Source: an uncultured Ruminococcus sp.
GTDB taxonomy: Bacteria > Bacillota > Clostridia > Oscillospirales > CAG-272
Assembly (NCBI GenBank): GCA_964623635.1
Contig: CAZUUA010000002.1
Coordinates: 17,585-81,584 of the forward strand
DNA: 64,000 bases
Direction: 5' to 3'
The notes beneath the pieces are model-generated. The model was given only the letters and a program-made list of their open reading frames with translations, ran no database searches and had not been told where the DNA came from. Numbering within the stretch: the stretch's first letter is position 1; every line of letters begins with the position of its first letter. Below are positions 34,428-42,751 of this stretch, piece after piece. The position numbers and the translations under genes were made by a program.

Positions 34428-36959
34428 ATGAGATCCACTACTTTTCCGTCTACACAGCAGAGTGAAATATCCTTTCCCCTCGGTGGCATCGGTGCCGGCT
34501 GCATCGGTCTGGCTGGCAACGGTCGGCTCATCGACTGGGAAATTTTCAACCGACCCAGCAAGGGCAGCATGAACGGCAACTCCCACTTCGCCATCAAAGC
34601 CATGCAGGACGGCAAGCTCATCGACGCACGGGTGATCAACGGCGACGTGACCACCGGACTGACCGGCGGCGGTGCCGGACTGCCTGCAGCCACTATGGCC
34701 GGCTTCCCCCACTTCCGCCACTGCACCTTCACCGGTGAATTTCCCGTGGCGAAGATCGACTTTGCCGACGAGACCTTCCCCGGTGCCGTACAGCTCACTG
34801 CCTGGTCTCCGCTGATTCCCCTGAACGATAAGGATTCCAGCCTGCCTGCCGCCTTCTTCTCCTATGCGGTCACCAATACCACCGATCGTCCCATTGACTA
34901 CGCTGTCTCCACCACCATGCGCAACCCCTACGACAGCTCTGTCAACGACTACAAGGCAGACGGCAGCATCCATGCTCTGTTCCTGCGGCAGACCAAGTTT
35001 GCGCCGGACAGCACCGAATACGGTGACCTGACCATTGCCACCGATACCGAAGGCGAAGTGTCCTGCCAGCAGTATTGGTACCGTGGCGCCTGGAACGATG
35101 GTCTGGAACGGTATTGGCGCAACTTCACCGAGCAGGAGATCTACGAGCCCCGCACCTACGACGATCCCGGTAGAAACGATATGGCGAACTTGGCCGTCAA
35201 GCGCACCGCTCAGCCTGGGGAGACCATCACCTTCCGGTTCGTGTTGACCTGGAGCCGTCCCAACTGCTGCAACTACTGGAGTCGGTACACGAAGAAAAAC
35301 GAAGCCGGTGAAGACGTGGACGTGACCTGGAAGAACTATTATGCGACCCTGTTTGCGGATTCCTACGACACCGCACAGTATGCGCTGCATAGCTGGGACA
35401 AGCTGTGGTGCGGCACCAAGACCTACCACGATGCCCTGTTTGCTTCCACACTGCCGGAAGAGGTGATCGAAGCCATTTCCGCCACCACATCGGTGCTCAA
35501 GTCTCCTACGGTGCTGCGGCTGGAAAACGGTGCGTTCTACGGCTGGGAAGGCGTCTGGGGCGATACCGGCTCCTGCGAAGGCACCTGCACCCACGTATGG
35601 AACTACGCCTACGCCCTGTGCTTCCTGTTCCCCACTTTGGAAAGAAGCATCCGGGAGACCGACTTCACCTATAACCAGGACGAAAACGGTCGTATGTCCT
35701 TCCGTATGAACCTGCCGCTGGGCAGAGAACGGCATAGCTTCCGTGCCTGTGTCGATGGACAAATGGGTGGCGTGATCAAGACCTACCGGGAATGGAAGCT
35801 GTCCGGGGACGATAACTGGCTGAAGAAATGGTGGCCTGCTGTAAAGAAGTCCATTGAATATGCCTGGAGCGACAAGAACCCCGACAGATGGGACGCTGAC
35901 CACGATGGCGTGCTGGAAGGTCGTCAGCACCACACCCTGGACGTAGAGCTGTTTGGTCCCTCGTCCTGGCTGGAAGGCTTCTACCTGGCAGCACTGCTCT
36001 GTGGTGCAGAGATGGCAGAGCGTGTGGGAGAACCGGACACCGCCGCCGCATATAGAGAGCTGTATGAAAAAGGCAAGAAGTGGTGTGACGAAAACCTGTT
36101 CAACGGCAAATGGTATGCCCAGAAGGTCGAGCTTGGTGACAAATCCACTGTGGATGCCTTTGGCGCAGGTGAATATTGGAACAGCGAATCGAAGGAGATC
36201 AAGTACCAGATCGGCGAAGGCTGTATCATCGACCAGTGTTTGGCCCAGTGGCACGCCAATCTGTGCGGCATAAACGGCGATATCTACGACAAGGATCAGC
36301 TGCATACCGCTCTGCAGAGTCTGTACAAGTACAACTTCCTGCCGGATATGCGTTCCCACTACAACACGTTCCGGCTCTTTGCGGTCAACGACGAAGCCGG
36401 TGCCATCATCTGCTCCTGGCCGGAAGGTGCCCAGACCCCGGCGATCCCGATCCCCTATGCGCAGGAATCCATGCACGGCTTTGAATATTCACTTGCCGGA
36501 CTGATGATCTCCGAGGGCATGATCGACGAAGGTGTAGAGATCGTGAAGGCCATCCGGGCTCGGTACAGAGGGAACAACCGGAATCCGTGGAACGAGATCG
36601 AATGCGGCAACAACTATGCCCGTAGCATGGCAAGCTTTGCGCTGCTGCCCATCTTCACCGGCTACCGATTCGATATGCCCGACCAGACTCTGGGCTTTGA
36701 CCCGATCCTGCCCGGTGACTTCCGCAGCCTGTGGTTCACCGGCGACGCATGGGGCACCTACGAAAAGACTGCAGACAAGACCAAGCTGACGGTGCTCTCT
36801 GGTACGCTGCATCTGCACACCCTGCATCTGCCGTATATGACGGAAGTGGAGACGGTGCTGGTGGACGGACAGCCTGCGAAATTTGCCTTTGGCGCAGGGG
36901 AGCTGGATATGCATATTACCGCCAGTGAGACCGTCGAGGTCGTTGGCACGGTGCGCTAA
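34428..36959 (+). CDS. GH116 beta-glucosidase (GBA2/glucosylceramidase-type)
   Basis: Track ORF 34395..36959. ATG 34428 has AAAGGAG upstream. FPLGGIGAGCIGLAGNGRLIDWEIFNRP is the characteristic GH116 N-domain opening. C-terminal (alpha/alpha)6-like region with GQMGG and NPWNEIECGNNYARSMA. Confidence 0.85.
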   Translation: MRSTTFPSTQQSEISFPLGGIGAGCIGLAGNGRLIDWEIFNRPSKGSMNGNSHFAIKAMQDGKLIDARVINGDVTTGLTGGGAGLPAATMAGFPHFRHCTFTGEFPVAKIDFADETFPGAVQLTAWSPLIPLNDKDSSLPAAFFSYAVTNTTDRPIDYAVSTTMRNPYDSSVNDYKADGSIHALFLRQTKFAPDSTEYGDLTIATDTEGEVSCQQYWYRGAWNDGLERYWRNFTEQEIYEPRTYDDPGRNDMANLAVKRTAQPGETITFRFVLTWSRPNCCNYWSRYTKKNEAGEDVDVTWKNYYATLFADSYDTAQYALHSWDKLWCGTKTYHDALFASTLPEEVIEAISATTSVLKSPTVLRLENGAFYGWEGVWGDTGSCEGTCTHVWNYAYALCFLFPTLERSIRETDFTYNQDENGRMSFRMNLPLGRERHSFRACVDGQMGGVIKTYREWKLSGDDNWLKKWWPAVKKSIEYAWSDKNPDRWDADHDGVLEGRQHHTLDVELFGPSSWLEGFYLAALLCGAEMAERVGEPDTAAAYRELYEKGKKWCDENLFNGKWYAQKVELGDKSTVDAFGAGEYWNSESKEIKYQIGEGCIIDQCLAQWHANLCGINGDIYDKDQLHTALQSLYKYNFLPDMRSHYNTFRLFAVNDEAGAIICSWPEGAQTPAIPIPYAQESMHGFEYSLAGLMISEGMIDEGVEIVKAIRARYRGNNRNPWNEIECGNNYARSMASFALLPIFTGYRFDMPDQTLGFDPILPGDFRSLWFTGDAWGTYEKTADKTKLTVLSGTLHLHTLHLPYMTEVETVLVDGQPAKFAFGAGELDMHITASETVEVVGTVR

Positions 36960-36983
36960 GTTCGGAAAAATCAAAAAATAAAA

Positions 36984-37028
36984 AATACTGACTACCGTGG
37001 AATGTATATTCTACGGATAGTCAGTATT
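36984..37028. terminator. Bidirectional terminator hairpin between GH116 and GH5 genes
   Basis: AATACTGACTACCGTGGAA ... TTCTACGGATAGTCAGTATT (long imperfect stem), flanked by an A-run and a T-run. Confidence 0.65.
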
Positions 37029-37031
37029 GTT

Positions 37032-38162
37032 TTATTCTGCTGTATAGGGTTCTGCGACCGTCAGCTTGTCCAGTTCGCCACGGATCAAATGCACATAATC
37101 CGGCGACAGGATCTGCCGGTTGTCGTCGTCCACGATGCTGAATCGGTTGCCATCGTAGGGTGTGCTGAGGTAATTCCAAATGCTGTAGGGGATCTCATGC
37201 TTCTGGCAGAAGGCGATCACATCCCGGCACCAGGCAATGCGATAGGGCAGGGGACAATGGCGGATCGTGCCGAATTCTCCGTTGTACAGGATCTTGTCCG
37301 GGTGCGCCTGTACCCAATTGGCCGCCGGCTGCAGCTGCTTCCAAAGCCATTCTCTGTCCATGCGCTCGTACTTGCCGTAGTCCCCCACATCCCAGCCACA
37401 GAATCGGCGGAAATCCCGATACCGCTCCATACTGCCCGGATATGGCATTTCCCGGTTGTAGATGTGTTGGATACCCTGCAAAAGTCCCCGCTGGTGTGTG
37501 AATTCGTTGGGGGTATAGAAATGGAAGGTGTACACCACATTCTCGTCCTCCCAGGTGTGCAGCCTGTGCAGTGCGCCGACAGAATTGTATTCCGCACCTC
37601 CCATGACAATGATCCGATCCCGATTCTTAGCACGAATGGCAGACAGGGTCTCGTCCGCAAGGGAATTCCATTCGTCATAATCGTTGGTGGGCAGCTCGTT
37701 CAGCAGCTCAAATGCGATATGCTTCCGCTCGTGAAATCGTTCCTCCATCATAAGCCACATGGCCTTGAACCGTTCCCGTCTTTGCGGATTGACGCAAAGA
37801 TCCCGCTCGTCCCCACAGTCACAATAGGCACCAATGGCATGGTGACAGTTGAGCAGCACCTGTAGTCCGGCCGCTTCACACCAATCGAAGAATTCCTCCA
37901 TTTTCTGAAGGATCTCTTCCCGATACCGGAAGGGCTTGTCAAATTCCTCCACCACGATCTGGTCAAAGGGGAATCGAATGTGGTCTGCGCCAAAGGAAGC
38001 GATGTTCTCCACATCCCTCTTGGTGATATACGATGCGAAATGCTCCATGTCCCCTGGAGAGATCACCATCCGCTTCGATTTTTCGATGATCGCCAACCGC
38101 TTATAGTTGGTCAGCCAGCCGCCGATCCCCACACCATGGGTAAAGCCTGTAAATGTTTTCAT
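37032..38162 (-). CDS. GH5 glycoside hydrolase (cellulase/beta-glycanase-like)
   Basis: 376 aa. GWLTNY, DHIRFPF, FELLNELP (acid/base NE), HFYTPNEFTHQ, YNGEFG (nucleophile E). Confidence 0.8.
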   Translation of the reverse strand: MKTFTGFTHGVGIGGWLTNYKRLAIIEKSKRMVISPGDMEHFASYITKRDVENIASFGADHIRFPFDQIVVEEFDKPFRYREEILQKMEEFFDWCEAAGLQVLLNCHHAIGAYCDCGDERDLCVNPQRRERFKAMWLMMEERFHERKHIAFELLNELPTNDYDEWNSLADETLSAIRAKNRDRIIVMGGAEYNSVGALHRLHTWEDENVVYTFHFYTPNEFTHQRGLLQGIQHIYNREMPYPGSMERYRDFRRFCGWDVGDYGKYERMDREWLWKQLQPAANWVQAHPDKILYNGEFGTIRHCPLPYRIAWCRDVIAFCQKHEIPYSIWNYLSTPYDGNRFSIVDDDNRQILSPDYVHLIRGELDKLTVAEPYTAE

Positions 38163-38340
38163 ACTAAATCCTTTCTTTACAGTAGAACTGTGCAGCGATG
38201 TCCGATACGATCACGGAATATCTGCTTTTATAAATTCCATTTTCATTATAGACAAATCTCGGCAAATATGCTATAATAAATCTACAGAAAAATAGGACAA
38301 ATCTACACACTACAGCGGAAAAGGCAGAAAGGAGGACACG

Positions 38341-39219
38341 ATGGATGCAGCATATCGCCAACAACACCCGGACGGTTTCAGCAAGGATCGATATTCGTGT
38401 ATGCGGCAAAAAGGAGAATCTGCAACGGCACCCCATTACCACGACTGCGTAGAGCTGATCTATATGGAAAAGGGAAGTATGCGTGTGTTCTACAGTGGCA
38501 ACTGGTTTGACGTGACCGCCGGGGAAATGATCCTGTTTCCACCCGGTCGGATCCATTGCACCAACTGTCAGGACAGAGCAGCCGAAAAGTTGGTCGTTGG
38601 CTTTGAGAATTCCGTCATCACCCCATCAGATGGTTCCGTCAATGTGCAGCAATACCAGATCCCATTCTACAGTAGTACACTGGATGACTACATCCATTTT
38701 GATGCCAAAGAAACCGAAAAAACCGGCTGTCCGGCATTGCTTACGGCATTTGAAGATTGTCTGGTACAAAGAGAGACGGCCTATGAGCTGTATGCCCACG
38801 GACTGCTGCTGCTTTTGTATACCCGGCTGTATCGCAGCTGGCAGGAGCGAGGACTGGCGGTATTGTCAGAGGAACGGCATCCTTTGCTGTGGGAGATCCT
38901 GCAGCGGATACAAACCTGGTACGCCACGCCCCTGTCTCCGTATGCGATCGCCGATCAAATGCACGTCAGCTACTCCTGGCTCAATACGATTCTGCATCGT
39001 TCCCTGCACATGAGCTTTCACACCTACCTGAATGAGGTGCGGCTGCGAGAGGCAGAAAGACTACTGCTCACCACCACCCATACCATCACCGAGATCGCCC
39101 AGCAGACCGGCTTTGGTGACAGCAGCTACTTCATTCGCCAATTTCGCAAAACCTATGGCTGTACGCCTCTGCAATACCGCCGCCGTTCCTGCAGAGCCTC
39201 CGAACCGTATCGCCTATAG
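38341..39219 (+). CDS. AraC-family transcriptional regulator (cupin sensor + HTH)
   Basis: 292 aa. N-terminal cupin (HYHDCVELIYMEKG). C-terminal ITEIAQQTGFGDSSYFIRQFRKTYGCTPLQYR. RBS AAAGGAGGA. Confidence 0.9.
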   Translation: MDAAYRQQHPDGFSKDRYSCMRQKGESATAPHYHDCVELIYMEKGSMRVFYSGNWFDVTAGEMILFPPGRIHCTNCQDRAAEKLVVGFENSVITPSDGSVNVQQYQIPFYSSTLDDYIHFDAKETEKTGCPALLTAFEDCLVQRETAYELYAHGLLLLLYTRLYRSWQERGLAVLSEERHPLLWEILQRIQTWYATPLSPYAIADQMHVSYSWLNTILHRSLHMSFHTYLNEVRLREAERLLLTTTHTITEIAQQTGFGDSSYFIRQFRKTYGCTPLQYRRRSCRASEPYRL

Positions 39220-39250
39220 CATTTCCGGCAAAAAGACTGTACGTTATCAC

Positions 39251-39279
39251 TTGATTTTGACACATCTTTATGGTATACT
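39251..39279 (+). promoter_or_regulatory. Putative promoter of uxaA-uxaB (extended -10)
   Basis: TTGATT - 17 nt (ending TGG) - TATACT. Confidence 0.45.
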
Positions 39280-39328
39280 GTAGAAAAATAAGGTAACCCT
39301 GCGGTGGTGCCTTAACTTAAGAATCGAG

Positions 39329-40822
39329 GTGTGGGACGTGCCAAAGCTATTCCAGATCCATCCAAGCGATACCGTGGCGGTGGCGATCGATGCCATCGAA
39401 AAAGGCGAACGAGTACCCATAGATGATCGATGGATCACTGTCATGGAGTCGATCCCGGCAGGTCACAAGGTCGCACTGCAGACGATCGGCACCGGTGAGA
39501 CCATCCGCAAATACGGCGCACCCATCGGACACGCCACAGTGGAGATCCCCGTGGGTCATCATGTACACAGCCACAACACGGCCTCCGACCTGACCGGTAC
39601 GCTGTCGTACACCTATACGCCGGTCGCCTGTGAGCTGCTACCGGAGACACCGAAGACCTTTCTGGGATATCGCCGGGACGACGGTCGTGTGGCTATCCGA
39701 AACGAGGTGTGGATCCTACCCACGGTCGGCTGCGTCAACAACATCGTCCGGGAAATGGAAGACCGTGCCCAGTCCCTGCGAACGGAACACATCGACGCCA
39801 TTGCCGCTTTTTGCCATCCGTACGGCTGTTCTCAGCTGGGCGGTGACCAGGCAAAGACGCTGTCGTACCTGGCCGGTATGATCCGACATCCCCATGCGGC
39901 CGCTGTATTGGTGGTGGGACTGGGCTGTGAAAACGGCAACATTGCAGAGTTGCAAAAGGTTCTTGGCACATGGGATCCGGAGCGTGTGCGGTTTTTGGTG
40001 ACCCAGGACGTGGAAGACGAAATAGAGGCAGGCCTGTCGATCCTGACGGAACTTTGTGCCAAGGCCGAAGGTGCCCGGCGTACCGAATGTTCTGCGGCAG
40101 AGCTGGTGATCGGACTGAAATGCGGCGGCTCCGACGGCTTCTCCGGCATCACAGCCAATCCGCTGCTGGGGCGTGTCACCGATCGACTGATCGCCGGTGG
40201 TGGCAGTGCGATCCTGACCGAGGTGCCGGAAATGTTTGGGGCAGAGACACTGTTGATGGAACGGTGCCGCAGCGAAAAACAGTTTGCAGGCACCGTAGCG
40301 CTCATCAACGATTTCAAAGCGTATTTCCAGCGGTACGGCGAACCCATCGATGAAAATCCATCACCGGGCAACAAAGCAGGCGGTATCACCACCTTGGCAG
40401 AAAAATCCTTAGGCTGTACCCAAAAAGGTGGGTCGGCGCCGGTGGAGGACGTACTGCGATACGGGGAACCCATCCGGAAAAAAGGACTGTCTCTGCTGGA
40501 AGCACCGGGGAACGACCTGGTGGCATCCGGTGCATTGGTGGCGTCCGGGGCCCATATGGTGCTGTTTACCACCGGTCGAGGCACACCCTTTGGCTGCCCG
40601 GTGCCCACGATGAAGATCTCGTCCAACACGGCACTGGCCGAGCGGAAAAAAGCCTGGATCGATTTTGACGCCGGACGATTGCTTGCAGGTGTGCCCATGG
40701 ATACCTTATGCGATGACCTGTTGGAGCGGATCCTATCCATCGCATCCGGAGAAACACATACCCACGCAGAAGCCTTGGATCGTCACGACTTGGCGATCTT
40801 CAAGGACGGCGTGACCCTATGA
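39329..40822 (+). CDS. uxaA: Altronate dehydratase
   Basis: 497 aa. SAF N-domain (IHPSDTVAVAIDAI...AGHKVAL) and UxaA/GarD C-domain (GCVN, GGSDGFSG, PFGCP). GTG start 39329, or GTG 39338 (GAGGTG upstream). Confidence 0.9.
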   Translation: MWDVPKLFQIHPSDTVAVAIDAIEKGERVPIDDRWITVMESIPAGHKVALQTIGTGETIRKYGAPIGHATVEIPVGHHVHSHNTASDLTGTLSYTYTPVACELLPETPKTFLGYRRDDGRVAIRNEVWILPTVGCVNNIVREMEDRAQSLRTEHIDAIAAFCHPYGCSQLGGDQAKTLSYLAGMIRHPHAAAVLVVGLGCENGNIAELQKVLGTWDPERVRFLVTQDVEDEIEAGLSILTELCAKAEGARRTECSAAELVIGLKCGGSDGFSGITANPLLGRVTDRLIAGGGSAILTEVPEMFGAETLLMERCRSEKQFAGTVALINDFKAYFQRYGEPIDENPSPGNKAGGITTLAEKSLGCTQKGGSAPVEDVLRYGEPIRKKGLSLLEAPGNDLVASGALVASGAHMVLFTTGRGTPFGCPVPTMKISSNTALAERKKAWIDFDAGRLLAGVPMDTLCDDLLERILSIASGETHTHAEALDRHDLAIFKDGVTL

Positions 40823-40837
40823 CCGAAAGGAGAACCT

Positions 40838-42343
40838 ATGACCGAACCATTGCCACGACTCTGTAACGGCACCGTGCCCGGTGTGACGACTACCACATCT
40901 CCTATCCGTATCGTCCAATTCGGCGAAGGCAACTTTCTGCGTGCATTCATAGAGCCCATGGTGGAAAGACTGAACGAGACCACCAACTTTGACGGCAGCA
41001 TCGCCATTGTCAAGCCGAGAATGCAGGGTACGCTGCCGGACTTTCGAGAGCAGGACAATTTGTATACCGTGGTGCTGCGAGGAAGAGCGCAGGGAAGTGT
41101 GGTAAACGATCACCAGATCATTACGACTGTAAAACAAGTTTTTGACAGCGACAACACCTGGGAGAATCTGGCTGCTTTGGCCCAATGTCCCACGGTGCGC
41201 TATATCATCTCCAACACCACCGAAGCCGGGATTACGCTGGTGCCGACGGATCCTATGGAGGGGATCCCATCCTCGTTTCCCGGCAAGATCACCAAGTTTC
41301 TCTACGCCCGGTATCAAGCCTTTGACGGTTCTCCGGACAGCGGTGTGGTGCTGTTGCCCTGTGAGCTGATCGAGAACAATGGCACAAGGCTCCGGGAATG
41401 TGTGCTGGAAATGGCGCAGATCTGGCAGCTGCCGAGCGCATTTTGCACCTGGGTGAAGGACCACTGCCATTTCCTTGACACATTGGTGGATCGCATCGTC
41501 ACCGGTTTTCCCACCAAGGAAGCCGAAACTTTGTGGGAACAGCTGGGCTACCGGGATACACTGCTGGTCACCGGGGAACCCTATGGTCTGTGGGTCATCG
41601 AAGCACCCGGCGATGTGGCAAAAACACTGCCCTTTGCCCATGAAGACCTGCCCGTGATCGTCACCGAAAACCTGCGTGCCTACAGAGAACAAAAGGTTCG
41701 AATCCTAAACGGTGCCCATACGGCTACGGTGCTCATCGGTTGGCTGTGCGGCAAGACCATCGTCCGGGATCTGCTGACCGATCCGATCACAAACGCATTT
41801 TTGCGCCGCACCGTGGAGAACGAGATCGCGCCCTATGTTCCCCTTTGCAAAGACGATGTTCTGTCCTTTGCGCAGGCTGTATACGAGCGATTCGCCAATC
41901 CTTTTATCGACCACAGGCTGCTGGACATTTCCCTGAACTCTGTGTCCAAGTGGAAGACCCGTGTGCTGCCTACGCTGCTGGATCGGGTCCACAAAACCGG
42001 CACACTGCCCCAAAACCTGACCTTCTCCTTTGCGGCCCTGCTGGCGTTCTACACCGGTCATGCTCTGCCGCAGATGGATCTGCAACAGGATGGTCTGCAC
42101 GCCACACGCACCGATGGCACACCGTATACCATTCGAGACAGTGCAGAGGTGCTGACCTTCTTTGCCGAATACAGCCATAGACCCGTAGAGCAGTATGTGG
42201 AAGCCACGTGCGCACGAAGCGATTTTTGGGGTGAAGACCTGAGGCAGCTCCCCGGCTTTACCACTGCCGTTACCCAAGCGCTGACAGCCATTCGGGAAGA
42301 TCCCATGGATGCGCTGCAAGTATATATCCATAATGAAAAGTGA
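40838..42343 (+). CDS. uxaB: Tagaturonate reductase (altronate oxidoreductase)
   Basis: 501 aa. IVQFGEGNFLRAF dinucleotide-binding opening of the long-chain mannitol-dehydrogenase family. It follows uxaA. Confidence 0.85.
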   Translation: MTEPLPRLCNGTVPGVTTTTSPIRIVQFGEGNFLRAFIEPMVERLNETTNFDGSIAIVKPRMQGTLPDFREQDNLYTVVLRGRAQGSVVNDHQIITTVKQVFDSDNTWENLAALAQCPTVRYIISNTTEAGITLVPTDPMEGIPSSFPGKITKFLYARYQAFDGSPDSGVVLLPCELIENNGTRLRECVLEMAQIWQLPSAFCTWVKDHCHFLDTLVDRIVTGFPTKEAETLWEQLGYRDTLLVTGEPYGLWVIEAPGDVAKTLPFAHEDLPVIVTENLRAYREQKVRILNGAHTATVLIGWLCGKTIVRDLLTDPITNAFLRRTVENEIAPYVPLCKDDVLSFAQAVYERFANPFIDHRLLDISLNSVSKWKTRVLPTLLDRVHKTGTLPQNLTFSFAALLAFYTGHALPQMDLQQDGLHATRTDGTPYTIRDSAEVLTFFAEYSHRPVEQYVEATCARSDFWGEDLRQLPGFTTAVTQALTAIREDPMDALQVYIHNEK

Positions 42344-42353
42344 GGAAATAACC

Positions 42354-42659
42354 ATGTCTATTTTGCATCTGACTGCCGATACCTTTGCCGAAGCTACCAA
42401 GACCGATAAGACTGTTCTGGTGGATTTCTGGGCGCCCTGGTGCGGACCTTGCCGTATGCTGGGTCCCATTTTGGAGGAAGTGGCCGAAGAGAATCCGGAG
42501 CTGATCGTTGCCAAGGTCAACGTGGATGAGGAAGCCGACCTGGCCAATGCCTTTGGGGTCACCAGCATTCCCCTGCTTGTGGTGCTGAAGGACGGCAAGC
42601 CCGTGAACCAGTCCGTAGGTCTGATCCCCAAGGAACAAGTGCTGGCGCTGGTCAAATAA
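42354..42659 (+). CDS. trxA: Thioredoxin
   Basis: Track ORF 42309..42659. ATG 42354 has GTGAGGAAA upstream. VDFWAPWCGPCRM active site. Confidence 0.95.
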   Translation: MSILHLTADTFAEATKTDKTVLVDFWAPWCGPCRMLGPILEEVAEENPELIVAKVNVDEEADLANAFGVTSIPLLVVLKDGKPVNQSVGLIPKEQVLALVK

Positions 42660-42670
42660 GCCGATCTGTC

Positions 42671-42736
42671 AAAAATATCCCTCACAGCCGGTAGACGATT
42701 TTTCAGGAAATAGTCCAGACTGCGAGGGATATTTTT
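42671..42736. terminator. Possible bidirectional terminator (long-loop hairpin)
   Basis: AAAAATATCCCTCACAG ... CTGCGAGGGATATTTTT, with a 32-nt loop, which is larger than typical. Confidence 0.4.
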
Positions 42737-42751
42737 ATTTATAAAAATCGA

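Noticed and set aside
34407-36476. 689-aa minus-strand ORF
   Set aside because: It is fully antisense to the GH116 gene. Its composition is G/V/H/D/A-rich and low-complexity, with no recognisable motifs. It is a typical shadow ORF of a GC-rich coding region.
39299-39311. Third partial match (CTGCGGTGGTGCC) to the palindromic repeat arm, in the uxaA 5' UTR
   Set aside because: Only about 12 nt are shared and there is no partner arm. This is compatible with chance in a GC-rich genome.
40817-40845. 10-bp direct repeat TATGACCGAA spanning the uxaA stop and the uxaB start
   Set aside because: It is short. The first ATG opens only a 15-codon out-of-frame ORF. It is most simply a coincidental duplication around the RBS.
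32602-42343. Genomic island integrated at the tmRNA gene
   Set aside because: I could find no integrase or recombinase, no direct repeat of the ssrA 3' end downstream, and no obvious compositional break. The content is ordinary carbohydrate metabolism.
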